Of a stretch of 64,000 bases of DNA, positions 24,260-35,660 are shown in pieces. The stretch comes from Vicugna vicugna (Eukaryota), in NCBI GenBank assembly GCA_013265495.1, contig MU057711.1, positions 1,922,001 to 1,986,000 on the forward strand, written 5' to 3'. Below the pieces are notes generated by a model. The model saw only the letters and a program-made list of their open reading frames with translations. It ran no database searches and was not told where the DNA came from. The position numbers were made by a program, and so were the translations under genes. How positions within the stretch are numbered: position 1 is the first letter of the stretch; each line of letters starts with the position of its first letter.

Positions 24260-24530
24260 ACCCTGCATGCTTAGGTGATAGGACTTGAAAGAAATGCAAG
24301 GAAGTGATTGCCATAAATCAGGTGAGTGGTTACCTCTGGAAGGAGGAGGGGGCTATGGCTGGAATGGAAAGCACAGAGGGGGCTTCTGGGGTGCCTGGCA
24401 AAGTTCTCTAGCCCTGGGAGGTGGTTTCAATGACGTCCTACCTTATAAGAATTCACTAAGTTCAAGTTTGTTTTGTGGGGTGTCTGCATCTGTTTCATCT
24501 CACAATAAAACAGGTCAAAAAATAATAAAA
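24260..24530 (+). mobile_element. Old L1 3' UTR fragment
   Basis: aaatcaggtgagtggttacctctgg...gggcttctggggtgcctggcaaagttct...tcacaataaaa. Confidence 0.6.
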
Positions 24531-25807
24531 GGAAAGCTTGCTATACTGTGGAGGTGATGCAACCCAACGGCCAGCAAATGGCCGGAGGGTAATGTGAAGG
24601 CAGCCGAGGGTCGGCTTACAGACCAGGTGCTGCAGGCAACCCTGTGGGACCAGGCAGACTGGCCGGCACGTGTCTCCTGGAAGTTCTCCATCCAGCATAA
24701 GCTCTGCTGGGTAATGGCTGTTTTAAAGCAGGGAATGGCACTTTTGCAGACACATCCACGTTTGTCACACACCAAACTTTCCTGTTTTCTGTCCCTGTGC
24801 TCATTTGGAATTAAGATTCCCCAAACTCTAGAAGTGCTATTGGTTTTGAATGAGTTGAGGGGGCCAAGCATCCCCTCCATGTCCCCCTTCAGGCCTCAGG
24901 GAAGCTGCCCCAGCAGAGCCTGGAGCCCAGGGACAACCCGCCCCTTAACCCTGTTCTCTTCACTGTACCGAGTCTATACAGAGATATTTCTTGCACAGAT
25001 GCCCCGCTGGGTCATAAGCTCCATAAGGGCCAGGATCACTTCTGACTTGCTTACACTGTAACGCCGGAACCTGGTGTTTGCTGAATGAATGAATAAGCCA
25101 CCCTTCCACAAGGGCTTTCCTCTCTATTACATTCCAGGAATCAGGAACCACACCTGCCTTACTTGCTTACCATGGAACCATCAGTGTCTAAGCCAGGGCT
25201 CAGCACACGTTCTTATAAAATAAATGAATGGAAAAAAAGAAAAAGACAGCTTTAAGGATAAAGGATACAAAGATGACCAAGACATGGTCCTTCCATCAAG
25301 GACCTCCTCATCTAGCAAAGAGAGGCACAAACCAGACCATGGGATGAAGGTGAAGGCAGAAAATGAACAGGGGGTGATGGGAGCACAGGAGGGGACTGTG
25401 AACTGTGAGGGGAAATCAAGGAGGGCTTCTTGGAAGAGAGGACACAGCTGATTGTTGAAGGAAAAGCCAGAAAGTCTCCCTAACTGGGAGGCAGGCAGCA
25501 CCTCCTGGGAAGTGTCCAGGGTCTCCCACCCACACCAACTTCTTCCCAAAGCAGCTGCCACATCTGCTGCTTCCACCAACAGTCATCTCCCCCAGATCCC
25601 CACGTCCTGATTTCCTCAACAGTAAAAGGGAGCCGATGACAGTGGTGCCTAAGTTAGAGGGCTACTGGGGAATTAAATGCGATAAACCACTGGGGAAAGT
25701 GCTCAGTGCAGCACTGGGTGCTATCACTGAGAAGAGCTTCCTTCCGACTGCGTTATCATTACTAAAGAGGGCGTGCTTTAGAGGAAAGCAAACCTGGGTT
25801 TGTCCTC

Positions 25808-25976
25808 AGCTTCCTCACACTTTGCCGCCATGGGCCTTGAATGTGCACACAGATCTCCTCTGATCTGGTTCAGAAGCCAAGTCTGATTCAGCAGGTCTGG
25901 GGAGGGCCCCGAGATTCTCCATTTCGAATCAGCTGCCAGATGATGCAGGTCCGTGGACCACACTTTGAGCAGCAAA
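25808..25976. mobile_element. MER5A-like hAT-Charlie element
   Basis: tctgattcagcaggtctggggagggccccgagattctccatttc...ccagatgatgcaggtccgtggaccacactttgagcagcaa. Confidence 0.8.
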
Positions 25977-26417
25977 CACTTAGCCCAACTGACTCCCCGT
26001 TTCCACCCTTGTAAAGCGGGAGCGATAATAACCTGCTTATCGTGCAGATTAAATGGGCAACGTGCGTACAGAAACCCCTGGCGCTCAGCTGGGCACACAC
26101 AGGGTGCTGAAAAGATACTCCTCCCTCTTCAGTCCCTCCCTCCTCTCTTCCCACTAACTGGCTAGTTTCAAACAGTGTTCATCATGGCACAGCCTCCACC
26201 CAGAAGCACAGTCACAGTGTTCAAGTACGGTTTAAAGAGGGAATGAATAAAGGGAGAAATTCCTATTTAGAAGGGACTCAGCAAAGGAGCTGAGATCCAG
26301 AAACAGCCTTCAGTGCCCAGACTCTGTCCGGCAGGTGCAGTGCAGGTGTCACTGCCAGTTGTGTTGGGACATATCTGTGAGTCGAAATCCCCCCATGGGA
26401 AGCGGCCCCCACCCCAC

Positions 26418-26589
26418 GCCTCCCCTCACCCCTGGCTGCACGAGGCCCACAGGTGCTGGGACAGAACTCCCCACACAAAAGCCTGTGGACAGCCCTTCAC
26501 AGATGCACAGACTCCGTGCACGCTTCCCAAACACTGTGAGGTTGTCCTGGCGTCCAGACCAGAGGACAGAGGCTCACAGGGGCCTAGCA
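26418..26589 (+). repeat. 172-bp local duplication, copy 1
   Basis: Aligns without gaps to 28333-28504; 9 differences counted by eye. Confidence 0.95.
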
Positions 26590-26959
26590 ATTCGCCCAAG
26601 GCCAGGCCAGGAAGGAGGAGACAAGATGGGCAAACTGGATAACTTTCTAGAACAATTTCCCTGGCATAAGGCCTGAACCTTACTTTCCAAGTGTGATGGG
26701 GGAGAGTGAAGGGCTCGCTGCCCCCTCCTCTGTCATGATGGACGTCAAAGGGACACGCGGGTCGCCCTGTGCCCGCCACCCTCGGAAACAGCCTGTGTTG
26801 ACCCGTGGTTCTCATCTTTGCCGTCAGTCTGAAAAGCTGGCTGGGCAGAGCCCAACAGTGGGTCTGGGAATATATTACACTAATAATTCAGGGGGAAGTG
26901 AGCTACGTAAAGCACCTACAACCTCCATATCCCCGAAACGAAGAGGTTTTGTTTCCTGT

Positions 26960-27250
26960 GTTTCTTTTCATGCCCCTTTTTGATTAAGACTGAACTAAAA
27001 TGCAGTAAAGTGCTCCAATCTTAAGCAAGCTGGGTAGCGAGTTTTCACAGAACCTCCCAGTATCCGCAGGCCCCACAGGCCCCCTCCCAGCCCCTCCCCG
27101 AGATGGCCCGACCTCTGTCACCAGACATCACTTTGCCCAGCTCTGAACGAGACATAAATGGACGCACACAGCCCACTCTCTCGTGTCTGGCTTCTTTCAC
27201 TAAACGGTACGTCTCAGATCCGGCATTTGTCCTCATTGCTGTGTTGATAC
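26960..27250 (-). mobile_element. Old L1 3' fragment
   Basis: cagtaaagtgctccaatcttaag...ctttgcccagctctgaac...ataaatggac...tgtctggcttctttcact. Confidence 0.6.
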
Positions 27251-27729
27251 TTTTAAGGTTTGCTTTCTTAAAGGTCAGGTCCAATCCTGTCCTTTTTCCA
27301 CCCCATCAGTGTCACTAAGGGCAGACATTCAACCACAGGGCAGCTCATCCCATTATTTCTGTCCTGCCATTTGTCCGGCTGCTGGTTTGAGGTTTAAAGC
27401 ATTTCCATTACCGCATGTGGCAGCCAAACTTCACTGAGCAGAGAGCTCCCTCTCTCCTCCGAGCGCCACTGGTGCTGAGACAACCAGCCTAAGCCGGGCA
27501 CGGGGAAGGCAGGAGGCACAGCGTCTCTGGGTCACCAGAGCCCGTGGTGGGACCGTGGCAGGTGGGAGGCCAGGGCTCTCCACTCCCCCGAGGAACCACA
27601 CCACCCCCTCACCCCGAAAGCCACACCGACAAGCCTCTTGCCACTGATGTCCTTTATCCAGGAGGGGACAAGAAAAGTCCACGCCCTCCAGGTTCCTTCT
27701 CAGTCTGCCAGCAGACAGAGCTTTAGATG

Positions 27730-28225
27730 AGGGTGTTGTAAAATGGTGAAATTGTCTGGCAGTTTTTCCAAAAAATTAAGCAAAGCACATCTCCATCGAC
27801 AGATGGAACGGATGAAAAAAATGTGGTGTATACAAACAACAGTTCATTATTCAGCCCTAAAAAGGAAGGCAGTTTTGACACATGCTACCACATGGATGGA
27901 GCTGTGAGGACACACCTAAGTGAAATAATCCAGACACTAAAGAACCAATACTGTTTGATTCCACTCACACGAGGCAAATTCCCAAAGTCGAAGGGTGGCT
28001 GCCCGGGCTGGGGGGAGCGGGGAATGTGAAGTTAATGTTTAATGGGGGGAAGATTTCCGTTTGGGAAGACGAAAAGAATCCTGGAGATGGATGGTGGTCA
28101 TGACTACACAACCATGGGGATGTTCTTAATGCCACTGACCTGTACATTTGACAATGGTTAAGATGGTAAATTTTATGTTATTTATATTTTACCATAATTT
28201 TTAAAAATTTCATTGGGAAAAAAAA
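27730..28225 (+). mobile_element. L1 (L1MB-like) 3' end
   Basis: ccatcgacagatggaacggatgaaaaaaatgtggtgtat...tattcagccctaaaaaggaagg...aatggttaagatggtaaattttatgtta...ttttaccataat. Confidence 0.85.
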
Positions 28226-28332
28226 GTAGAATGCTGAGAAGAAGCAGGCAGATGCAATAAAACCTAAAGCAGAAGTCGTGATATTAATATAAGACAAAAA
28301 TTCATGGGGGACATGCACCCGCCCCTCCCCAG

Positions 28333-28504
28333 GCCTCCCCTCACCCCTGGCTACACGAAGCCCACAGGTGCTGGGACAGAACTCCCCACACAAAAGCCTG
28401 TGGACAGCCCTTCACAGGTGCACAGACTCCGTGCATACTTCCTAAACACCGTGAGGCTGTCCTGGCGTCCAGACCAGAGGACGGAGGCTCACAGGGGCCT
28501 AGCA
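28333..28504 (+). repeat. 172-bp local duplication, copy 2
   Basis: Aligns without gaps to 26418-26589. Confidence 0.95.
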
Positions 28505-28650
28505 TTTCCCATTTTACAGATGAGGAAACTAATGCTCATAGAATAGTCAAATAAGCCAAGGTCCCCAGGAGGGAGGCAAAGCTTTGATTCAAATTTATGA
28601 CCTGGCAAACTCTAGAGCCCAGTTCTTAACCATGAGGCTATGGTGCCTTT
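28505..28650 (+). mobile_element. MIR SINE
   Basis: cccattttacagatgaggaaact...ccaaggtccc...tcttaaccat. Confidence 0.8.
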
Positions 28651-29729
28651 CTGAGACATGCAAACAACCTAGGGGACTTCACAGTCCAGCTCACTACCAA
28701 TCAATGAATGGGTGAACAAAATGTGACCTGGGAAAGCAGAACAGAGTGGGCTAAGGCTGGATCAGGTACACAAAGACCAAACCATTCCTTAGCAATAATC
28801 TCATTGATTCACAAAGAGAGTTTAGAGTTTTCAAATCACGCATATCTAAGAATCATCTGATCCAACAGACCATGGAGGCAGATAGGAGAGGACTCGTTGT
28901 CATCCATAACTGATAAGAGAGGAGGCTTCAGGAATGATCAGAGAGGTGCATGGACAGCTAAAAGTCACACAGCAAATTCCCATCAAGTTAGACCTAGCAT
29001 CCAACCAGGCCTCATCCCTTGACCCCAGAGACAGACAGACCCCACTAGGCTCCCCGGAATGTGCCCCTAGATACTACATTCCAGCAGCACCAGGATACAG
29101 ATAGAATTCTCTGAAGTCCATGCAGTCTTCCTGCCAAGCCACCACACAATGCTTGCCTGCCAGCCTGACACTCGGCCCTCCGTTTTTTATTGCTAATTAA
29201 TTTGGATGGAGATGTCTTTAAAAGGAGACTTACGTCGGGTCCTCCCCACTGTCTGTGAACCAATTTCATTACAACAGAAACCGTGTTGCCAAAATGAGAA
29301 ATCCCCTCCTTTTCAGGCCTGTGCCCTTGAAGGCATCTTATTAGAAAAGACCATTTCTTAATTAACATTTTTGATCTTTAATCCATTACACATCCCTCTA
29401 ATCCTGTACGGAGGTGCGGCTGGCCCACTTCCGCGGGCTGGCTCTGGGCTGCGCGAGGCTGGCAATTTCAGCGCTGAGGGCTCGCTCACAGCTGGACTCC
29501 GCCACGGACAGTCTGCCGCTCCCAGACACAACCCCTGGTCTAGCCGCGGGTACGTTTCCCGAGCGGGAGCCAAGAAGAGGGGCTTGGCGCAGACACCCCC
29601 AAGATGGGCCAGTCTGCAGACGAGAGTTCATTTCATTAACCCCTGAACCCCATCTCTTCTCGCCCCAGAATGGCTTTGAGCAAAGGCTGCTTTATCAGCT
29701 CTGGCTCCCACCAAGCATGAGAGCGGAGA

Positions 29730-30955
29730 GGCTGGTCTTCCTTCCCATTCGCACTAATCTCCAGCAACTTGACCACGTCTCTGCAAAGAGCTGGTCCCAG
29801 CAAGGCCATAGGACCCCACTTTGGAAAGCTTTGAAACTGCCTGGTGACTCAGTCCTTCCTGAAAAACTTTCTTCATTGGGTTTTGAGGACCCTGCTCTCT
29901 CCTGGGTTTCTTCCTACCTCCCGGACCACTCACCTGTCGTCTCAGTCTCTCCTCCTCATCCCAACCTTTAATACTGATGCCTCCCTGGATGCAGACCTCA
30001 ACTCCTCTGTTCGGTCTGGGCTCACTCCCCTGGTAGGTACATCTATCCCAGCTCTAAATGCCAATGACCCACCTGAATACATCCCCAGCCTCTGCCTCCC
30101 CCAGATCACAGCACATTCAAATGCCCATCACCACCTAAGAAGCATCTCAAACGTATGGCCACAACCCAAGTCTTAAGCCCACGGCCACCACCTGCACCAG
30201 AGCGGCTCCTCCCGGGACTCCCATCACCCTGAAGGACCCCTCCAGCCACCCAGCTGCTCGGCCAGAAGCCTTGCAGTCATTCGTGTTTCCCCTCCTTTCC
30301 TCATCCCCAGCACCCAATCCAGCAGCAAAAGCTGCTGGACCTACCTCCAAAAGAAATTCCCAATCCCAGCTCTTCAACCTCCTGCCTTTGGTCCCAGCCC
30401 CGCCACCTCTCACCTGGATGAGGGCGCCTGTTGGCCTCCCTACTGCCCGCACGCAGCTGAAGGGGTCCCTCCTCACCTCTGGCCCAACTCCCCTTCAATG
30501 CAGAATGGAATCCACAGTGCTCACCATGGCTCGATGCTACCTGCCTCCCTGCTCACTTCCCTAACCTCACCTCTTGCCCCACTGCCCCTGGTTCACTCTA
30601 TTCCAGCCACAGTGGTGTTACTTTCCTTCTTCTGTCCTTCAAAAAGCCCAGCTCATTCCCACGGTGGGGAACGTCTGCAACCCTGCTCCCAACCCTCTGC
30701 ACAGCTCACTCCCTCTCTGCTCAAACGCCCCCTCCTCGGAAGAGGCCTCTCTGACCGCCCCGCCATCTCTCTCTACCTGGCCACCCTGCTGGTCCCCGCC
30801 CCGTGAAAACACATTATGTATTTCTTGGTTTACTTTGCTGGCATCATCTTCCCCACTAGGCTCACAGCAGGAACCCTGTTCGCCCCGTTCACCATCTACA
30901 ACAGTGCCCAGCACTCAGTAGGTGTTTGATAACATTTGTGACTGACAGAATGAAG
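29730..30955 (+). mobile_element. Long L2 remnant (ORF2 3' part and 3' end)
   Basis: ctctctcctgggtttcttcctacctc...cacctaagaagcatctcaaac...ctctcacctggat...ggcctctctgaccgccc...acagtgcccagcactcagtaggtgtttgataacatttgt. Confidence 0.85.
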
Positions 30956-32559
30956 CCTGTCGGGACTTTGCCAGTGGTGGCTCAGGCTCACGGACATCAC
31001 TGGTCATCAAGGAGTGGTCCTGCAACACCAGCACTGAGGCTCACCCAGCAGCAACCGAGAAGGTGCTCAGACATTCAGTAGAACTTCCTGGTCATACATG
31101 TTCTGTGAAATTGTCCATCAGTGAATAAAGCACAGCTTGAGCCTCATGCTGGATTACTAGGGGCCGGAAGGGAGAGAAAGCGTCCATGGTGACGTGGAGA
31201 TGGAGCTTCTGAACAGTTAAGGAAAAGGGACAGGCCAGCACGTGGTCCTTCAGAGACTCCAAAGGGCAGGACGGGAGTTCATGGAAAGGGCAGGCCCCCA
31301 GGAGACACAGTGCAAAGGGCTCACAGAGGGCAGTCATGGCGCTGGGCCTTAAAGGACACACAGCTTTGGGGTAGGTGGCAGGGGAGGAGAGAGGGCATTG
31401 CGGGAGGGGGACAGAGCCCAAGAAAAGGCATGGGGTTGGAATGAGGATGCAGGACACAAAGGAAGAGACCTCTGTAAGGGACTGTTTCTGAAGACTCAAA
31501 ATTCTCCGCCTATATCGACTCTCCCAGAAAAATGCTCCAGTGAGACCCTCCACAGGACCACCTGCCTCAGGGCACTGTGACCTCCCAGGCTGCTGCAGGC
31601 TCCTGAATCTGGCCAGCCACAGAGCTGGGCCCAGAGCATGGAGCTCCGGACTCCCAGTCTAGTGCTCCTGCTGTTCAGGACTCGCCAAGCTTCCCCTTCA
31701 TCTGCCATCCCCAGACCTTGCCCTGAGCCCTGGAGGTCAGTGTGCTGCAGAGCAGGAGGACAAGGGCCCTTCCCCCAGCAGCAGGAGGCCAGATGCCCAC
31801 CCACCCTTCCCTCCCCAAGACCAGGGATGGAGGATGCTGGCCAGCTGTTGAGGAGCAGGCTGGCCAATTTCCCCCTGACACCAGACAAGCTCCTTTTAGG
31901 GAAACTCTGCTACGGCCCAGGCAGGCATCTCCCAGTGGGTCAGGCCTGGGGGCCTAGGCTGGGGATGGTGCTCGGAGAACCAAGGATAACACCCACGACA
32001 GAGACAATTCAGCACCAGCCACACAGGCTGCCCTTGCACACTGGTCCATGCCCCACCCTCACCTAGTGGTCCCTTCACAAACCTGCAGGTCAGACTCGGA
32101 CCTATCTCTGCTCCCTGGGTGGGGTCCTAGCTTGGGGGTGGGGTGGGGAAGAGAAAGGGGGGTGCTAGGCTCTAAAGTTAGCCTATGAGGCAAAAACACC
32201 ACCTGCCTTGAGATACAGCTGCCGTGGCTAAGGACACACATGAGGGTGCTGGCTGGATGTTGGCTCCTATGTCGGGCATGAGGCATGAAGACACACATCT
32301 TAAAATCCCAGTCACAGTCACCTGTACCATGAGGGGCCACGCAGACCATCATCTAAGGGAGCATCAGATTCTCACCTGCATCTCAGGCTGACCAGGCAGC
32401 CCCTATTGACTGAAACTGCCAACTCTCTTTAAACAGTTATTGCCCTCTTTTCTTGGCAAATGTGCATCTAAATTGGGAGAAGTTAAATGAGCTAGTATGC
32501 AGGATGCAGATTGCTGTCAGCAAGGTTGGGGAGAGGGGTTTGGTGATCTGTGCTGCGAT

Positions 32560-32720
32560 GCAGCTCTGCCACAAACTTGCTGTGTGACGTTGGGCAAGAC
32601 CCCTAGCCTCTCTGAGGCTCAATTTCCACATACGGAAACAAGAATGAGAATAATACCTATGGTCAAAGTGCTACTTCAAGGATTCAGTGAGATAATGCCC
32701 ATGGAAGTGCCTGCTTGAGG
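32560..32720 (-). mobile_element. MIR SINE
   Basis: gctgtgtgacgttgggcaagaccctagcctctctgaggctcaatttcc...gaataatacct. Confidence 0.8.
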
Positions 32721-33652
32721 GATGCGAGGGAGCAGAGCAAAAGCACCTGGGCCTTGGGGACAGAAGGAGCCAAGTTCAAATTCTGACCAGCCACTTACCA
32801 ACCAGCAGACCCTGATCTCTGCAGACACAGGCTGTAAACAAAAGCACAGACTTGCACAAACTCAAGGCTGGAACCGCAGAGTCACAGAGTGGCCACCCCT
32901 CAAAGCGATCCCACAGTGTGTAACTGTGGCCTCGCCTGCGCTGTGCCTTCCCTAAGGGCTGGGTCCAAGGCAGCTGGGCCCCAGGTCCCTTGGGGGCCCC
33001 AGGCTCTGTGGCTTTGCAGGAGTCGGGGGCTCTGGCTGGAATCCCAGGCTGGCTGCCTCTCTGTCCTTTCTCTATCCACATTTGGGGAAGGCATTTCCTC
33101 CTTCCCGGGGCCTGCGGGTCAGGTTTCCACCCAGATGGAAAGTCCCACCCCGGGGCCCCCAAAGGAGAGCTCACCATGGAAACTCCACAGCGCGCCCGCC
33201 AGACACAGGGGCAACTGGCCACTGGCAGGCCTTACCAGAGCCAGGCCCACAGCCCTGCCAACTGGGAGGGGAGGGGACAGAGGGGGCTCCAGCTGGGCTT
33301 TCCATCTCAGGCACAGAACAATGTTCACACTTACATGCAAAGCAAAGAGTGGCTGTGTGTTTGGGTGCGCATTTAGGTGTATGTGTCTACAGAAAGACCC
33401 TAAAGTAGCAGCCCCAGCCCTGAATCCTCTTAACCTTTTTGAGCCTCAGTGCCTCCTGGAGGCTGCATTCTACTCAGAAAAGATGAGTAAATACAATAAT
33501 CTTGTAAAAACTGAACAGGGGTGGCTACTGCTGGAGGAAAGCCCTTAGGCCCAACATGCTAACCACAGCCTGACTGCAATCTGGGCAGAGAAGGTGAGGA
33601 CACAGTGGGTAAGGTGTCTCTTGGGCTGTTGAGCTCAAAACATAAAGTTGTA

Positions 33653-33863
33653 CAAGGTCTTACTGTACAGCACAGGGAACTATATTCAATGGCTTGGAGT
33701 AACCTGTAATGGAAAAGAATATGTATATATATGTATAAACTGAATCACTTTGCTGTACACCAGAAACGAATACATTATAAGTCAACTATACTTTAATTTA
33801 AAAAATATATAATACAGTCATTAAGGAAACTTTGGAAAGTACAGAAGTGTTAAGTAAAAAAAA
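33653..33863 (+). mobile_element. 5'-truncated L1 3' end plus about 50 nt of extra sequence, bounded by a target-site duplication
   Basis: caaggtcttactgtacagcacagggaactatattcaat...ctgaatcactttgctgtacacc...caactatact; TSD aaaacataMagttgta at 33637-33652 and 33860-33875. Confidence 0.85.
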
Positions 33864-33949
33864 CATACAGTTGTAAGCAGAGCTTTCCAAGACTTAGTGA
33901 GTTGGGGATGAGTGGTTTTCAAAAAAGGGAGGGGACTTCTGAGGTCGAA

Positions 33950-34224
33950 AATAACAAAAAAGAAGCAGACTCACAGATACAGAGAGGAAACTAGTGGTTG
34001 CTGGGGGGTGAGGGAAGGAGGGGGGCAATACAGGGGCAGGGGAGTAAGAGGTGCAAACTATTAGGGATAAAATAAGCTACAAGGATGTATTATACAACAC
34101 AGGGAATACAGAGAGTATCTTACAATAACTATAAATGGAGTAGAACCTTTAAAAATTGTGAATCACTGTATTGTACACCTGTAGCTTATATAATATTGTA
34201 CAGCAACTATACTTCAGTTAAAAG
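33950..34224 (+). mobile_element. L1 3' UTR fragment (older)
   Basis: agactcacagatacagagaggaaactagtggttg...aaataagctacaaggatgtatt...gaatcactgtattgtacacctg...caactatacttca. Confidence 0.85.
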
Positions 34225-34239
34225 AAAAAGACATTTGAA

Positions 34240-34926
34240 ATTCCTCAAAAGACTAGGAATAGACTTACCATATGACCCAGGAATCCCACTCCTGGGCATA
34301 TATCCAGAAGGCACTCTACTTCAAAAAGACACCTGCACCCCAACGTTCATAGCAGCACTATTTACAATAGCCAAGACATGGAAACAGCCTAAATGTCCAT
34401 CAACAGGTGACTGGATAAAGAAGATGTGGTATATTTATACAATGGAATACTATTCAGCCATAAAAACCAACAGCGTAACACCGTTTGCAGCAACATGGAT
34501 GTTCCTGGAGAATGTCATTATAAGTGAAGTAAACCAGAAAGAGAAAGAAAAATACCATATGAGATCGCTCATATGTGGAATCTAAAAAAACAAAACAAAA
34601 CATAAATACAAAACAGAAACAGACTCATAGACATAGAATACAGACTTGTGGTTGCCAAGGGGGCGGGGGGTGGGAAGGGACAGACTGGGATTTCAAAATG
34701 TAGGATCGATAAACAAGATTATACTGTAGAGCACAGGGAAATATATACAAGATCTTGTGGTAGCTCACAGCAAAAAAAAAAATGTGGCAATGAATATATG
34801 TATGTTCATGTATAACTGAAAAATTGTGCTCTACACTGGAATTTGACACAACATTATAAAATGACTATAACTCAATAAAAAAATGTTAAAAAAATAAAAA
34901 TGCTATTTTCAGGAAAAAAAAAAAAA
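34240..34926 (+). mobile_element. Young 5'-truncated L1 (ORF2 C-terminus, 3' UTR, A-tail)
   Basis: Open ORF2 end FLKRLGIDLPYDPGIPLLGIYP...CTPTFIAALFTIAKTWKQPKCPS...WYIYTMEYYSAIK; perfect 15-bp TSD aaaaagacatttgaa at 34225-34239 and 34922-34936. Confidence 0.95.
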
Positions 34927-35504
34927 GACATTTGAAGAGTCCTCCCCCAGACTCACAGTGACCACTGGCATACCAAGGGCTCTTTGAGGTTCCAGGTTAA
35001 AGGAGCCCATTTGATTGCACTTAACCAGGCACTTAGGAAGGTAACCTGAGAAGCTGCCTGAGAACGCAGCCAGCTGGGGCAGCCTCAACTTCAGCCCTCT
35101 CCCTCCAGGCTGCACTGCATGTAATTCCTTGGCTGTGGTGTGCACTTAGGCCCTGAGCATTTTCCAGGGTCAATTTAAGAAAGAACTCGAGGAAAGATGT
35201 TTCTGTATCGTGTGCCAAATTGTTACTGAGACAGGGCTGTTGTTTGTTCAATGATTAATGAGGATCCACACAGTAAATTCCTCAGCATTTTGTGCTAGGG
35301 AAAAATGTCTGTCTGCCTCCAGGACTTGAATCAGCCAGAGAGGCAGCTATGCTGCCCTTCATCTTATTTCTCTTTTGGCCTTGGCTGCCAGGAAGCTCAC
35401 CTGCATCATGACCTGCTGACATAATGAGTTCTTTCATCAACTATTTTAGCTGTCCAAAGACACGTGGACACCTCATCTTGTTTTATGAATAATCACCAGA
35501 GCTG

Positions 35505-35660
35505 GCATTTATTGGATGCTTGCTGTTGCCAGGCTCTGTGCTGCACACACAACATTTATGCTCTCATTCATTCTTATAAAAATGCCACCAGGTAGGGCTT
35601 CAGTATCCTCACTTTACAGATCAGGAAACTGAGACCTGAGAAGGTGAATAAGTGAATCAA
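35505..35660 (+). mobile_element. MIR SINE
   Basis: catttattggatgc...gccaggctctgtgct...ctcactttacagatcaggaaactgagacc. Confidence 0.75.

Noticed and set aside
29498..29515. REST/RE1-like CCACGGACAG (also half-sites near 27470 and 40810)
   Set aside because: Half-sites only; no complete RE1.
34085..34585. 166-aa ORF with protein-like C-terminal half
   Set aside because: It is the L1 ORF2 C-terminus fused by chance to an older L1 3' UTR, not a host gene. The same applies to 56826-57035.
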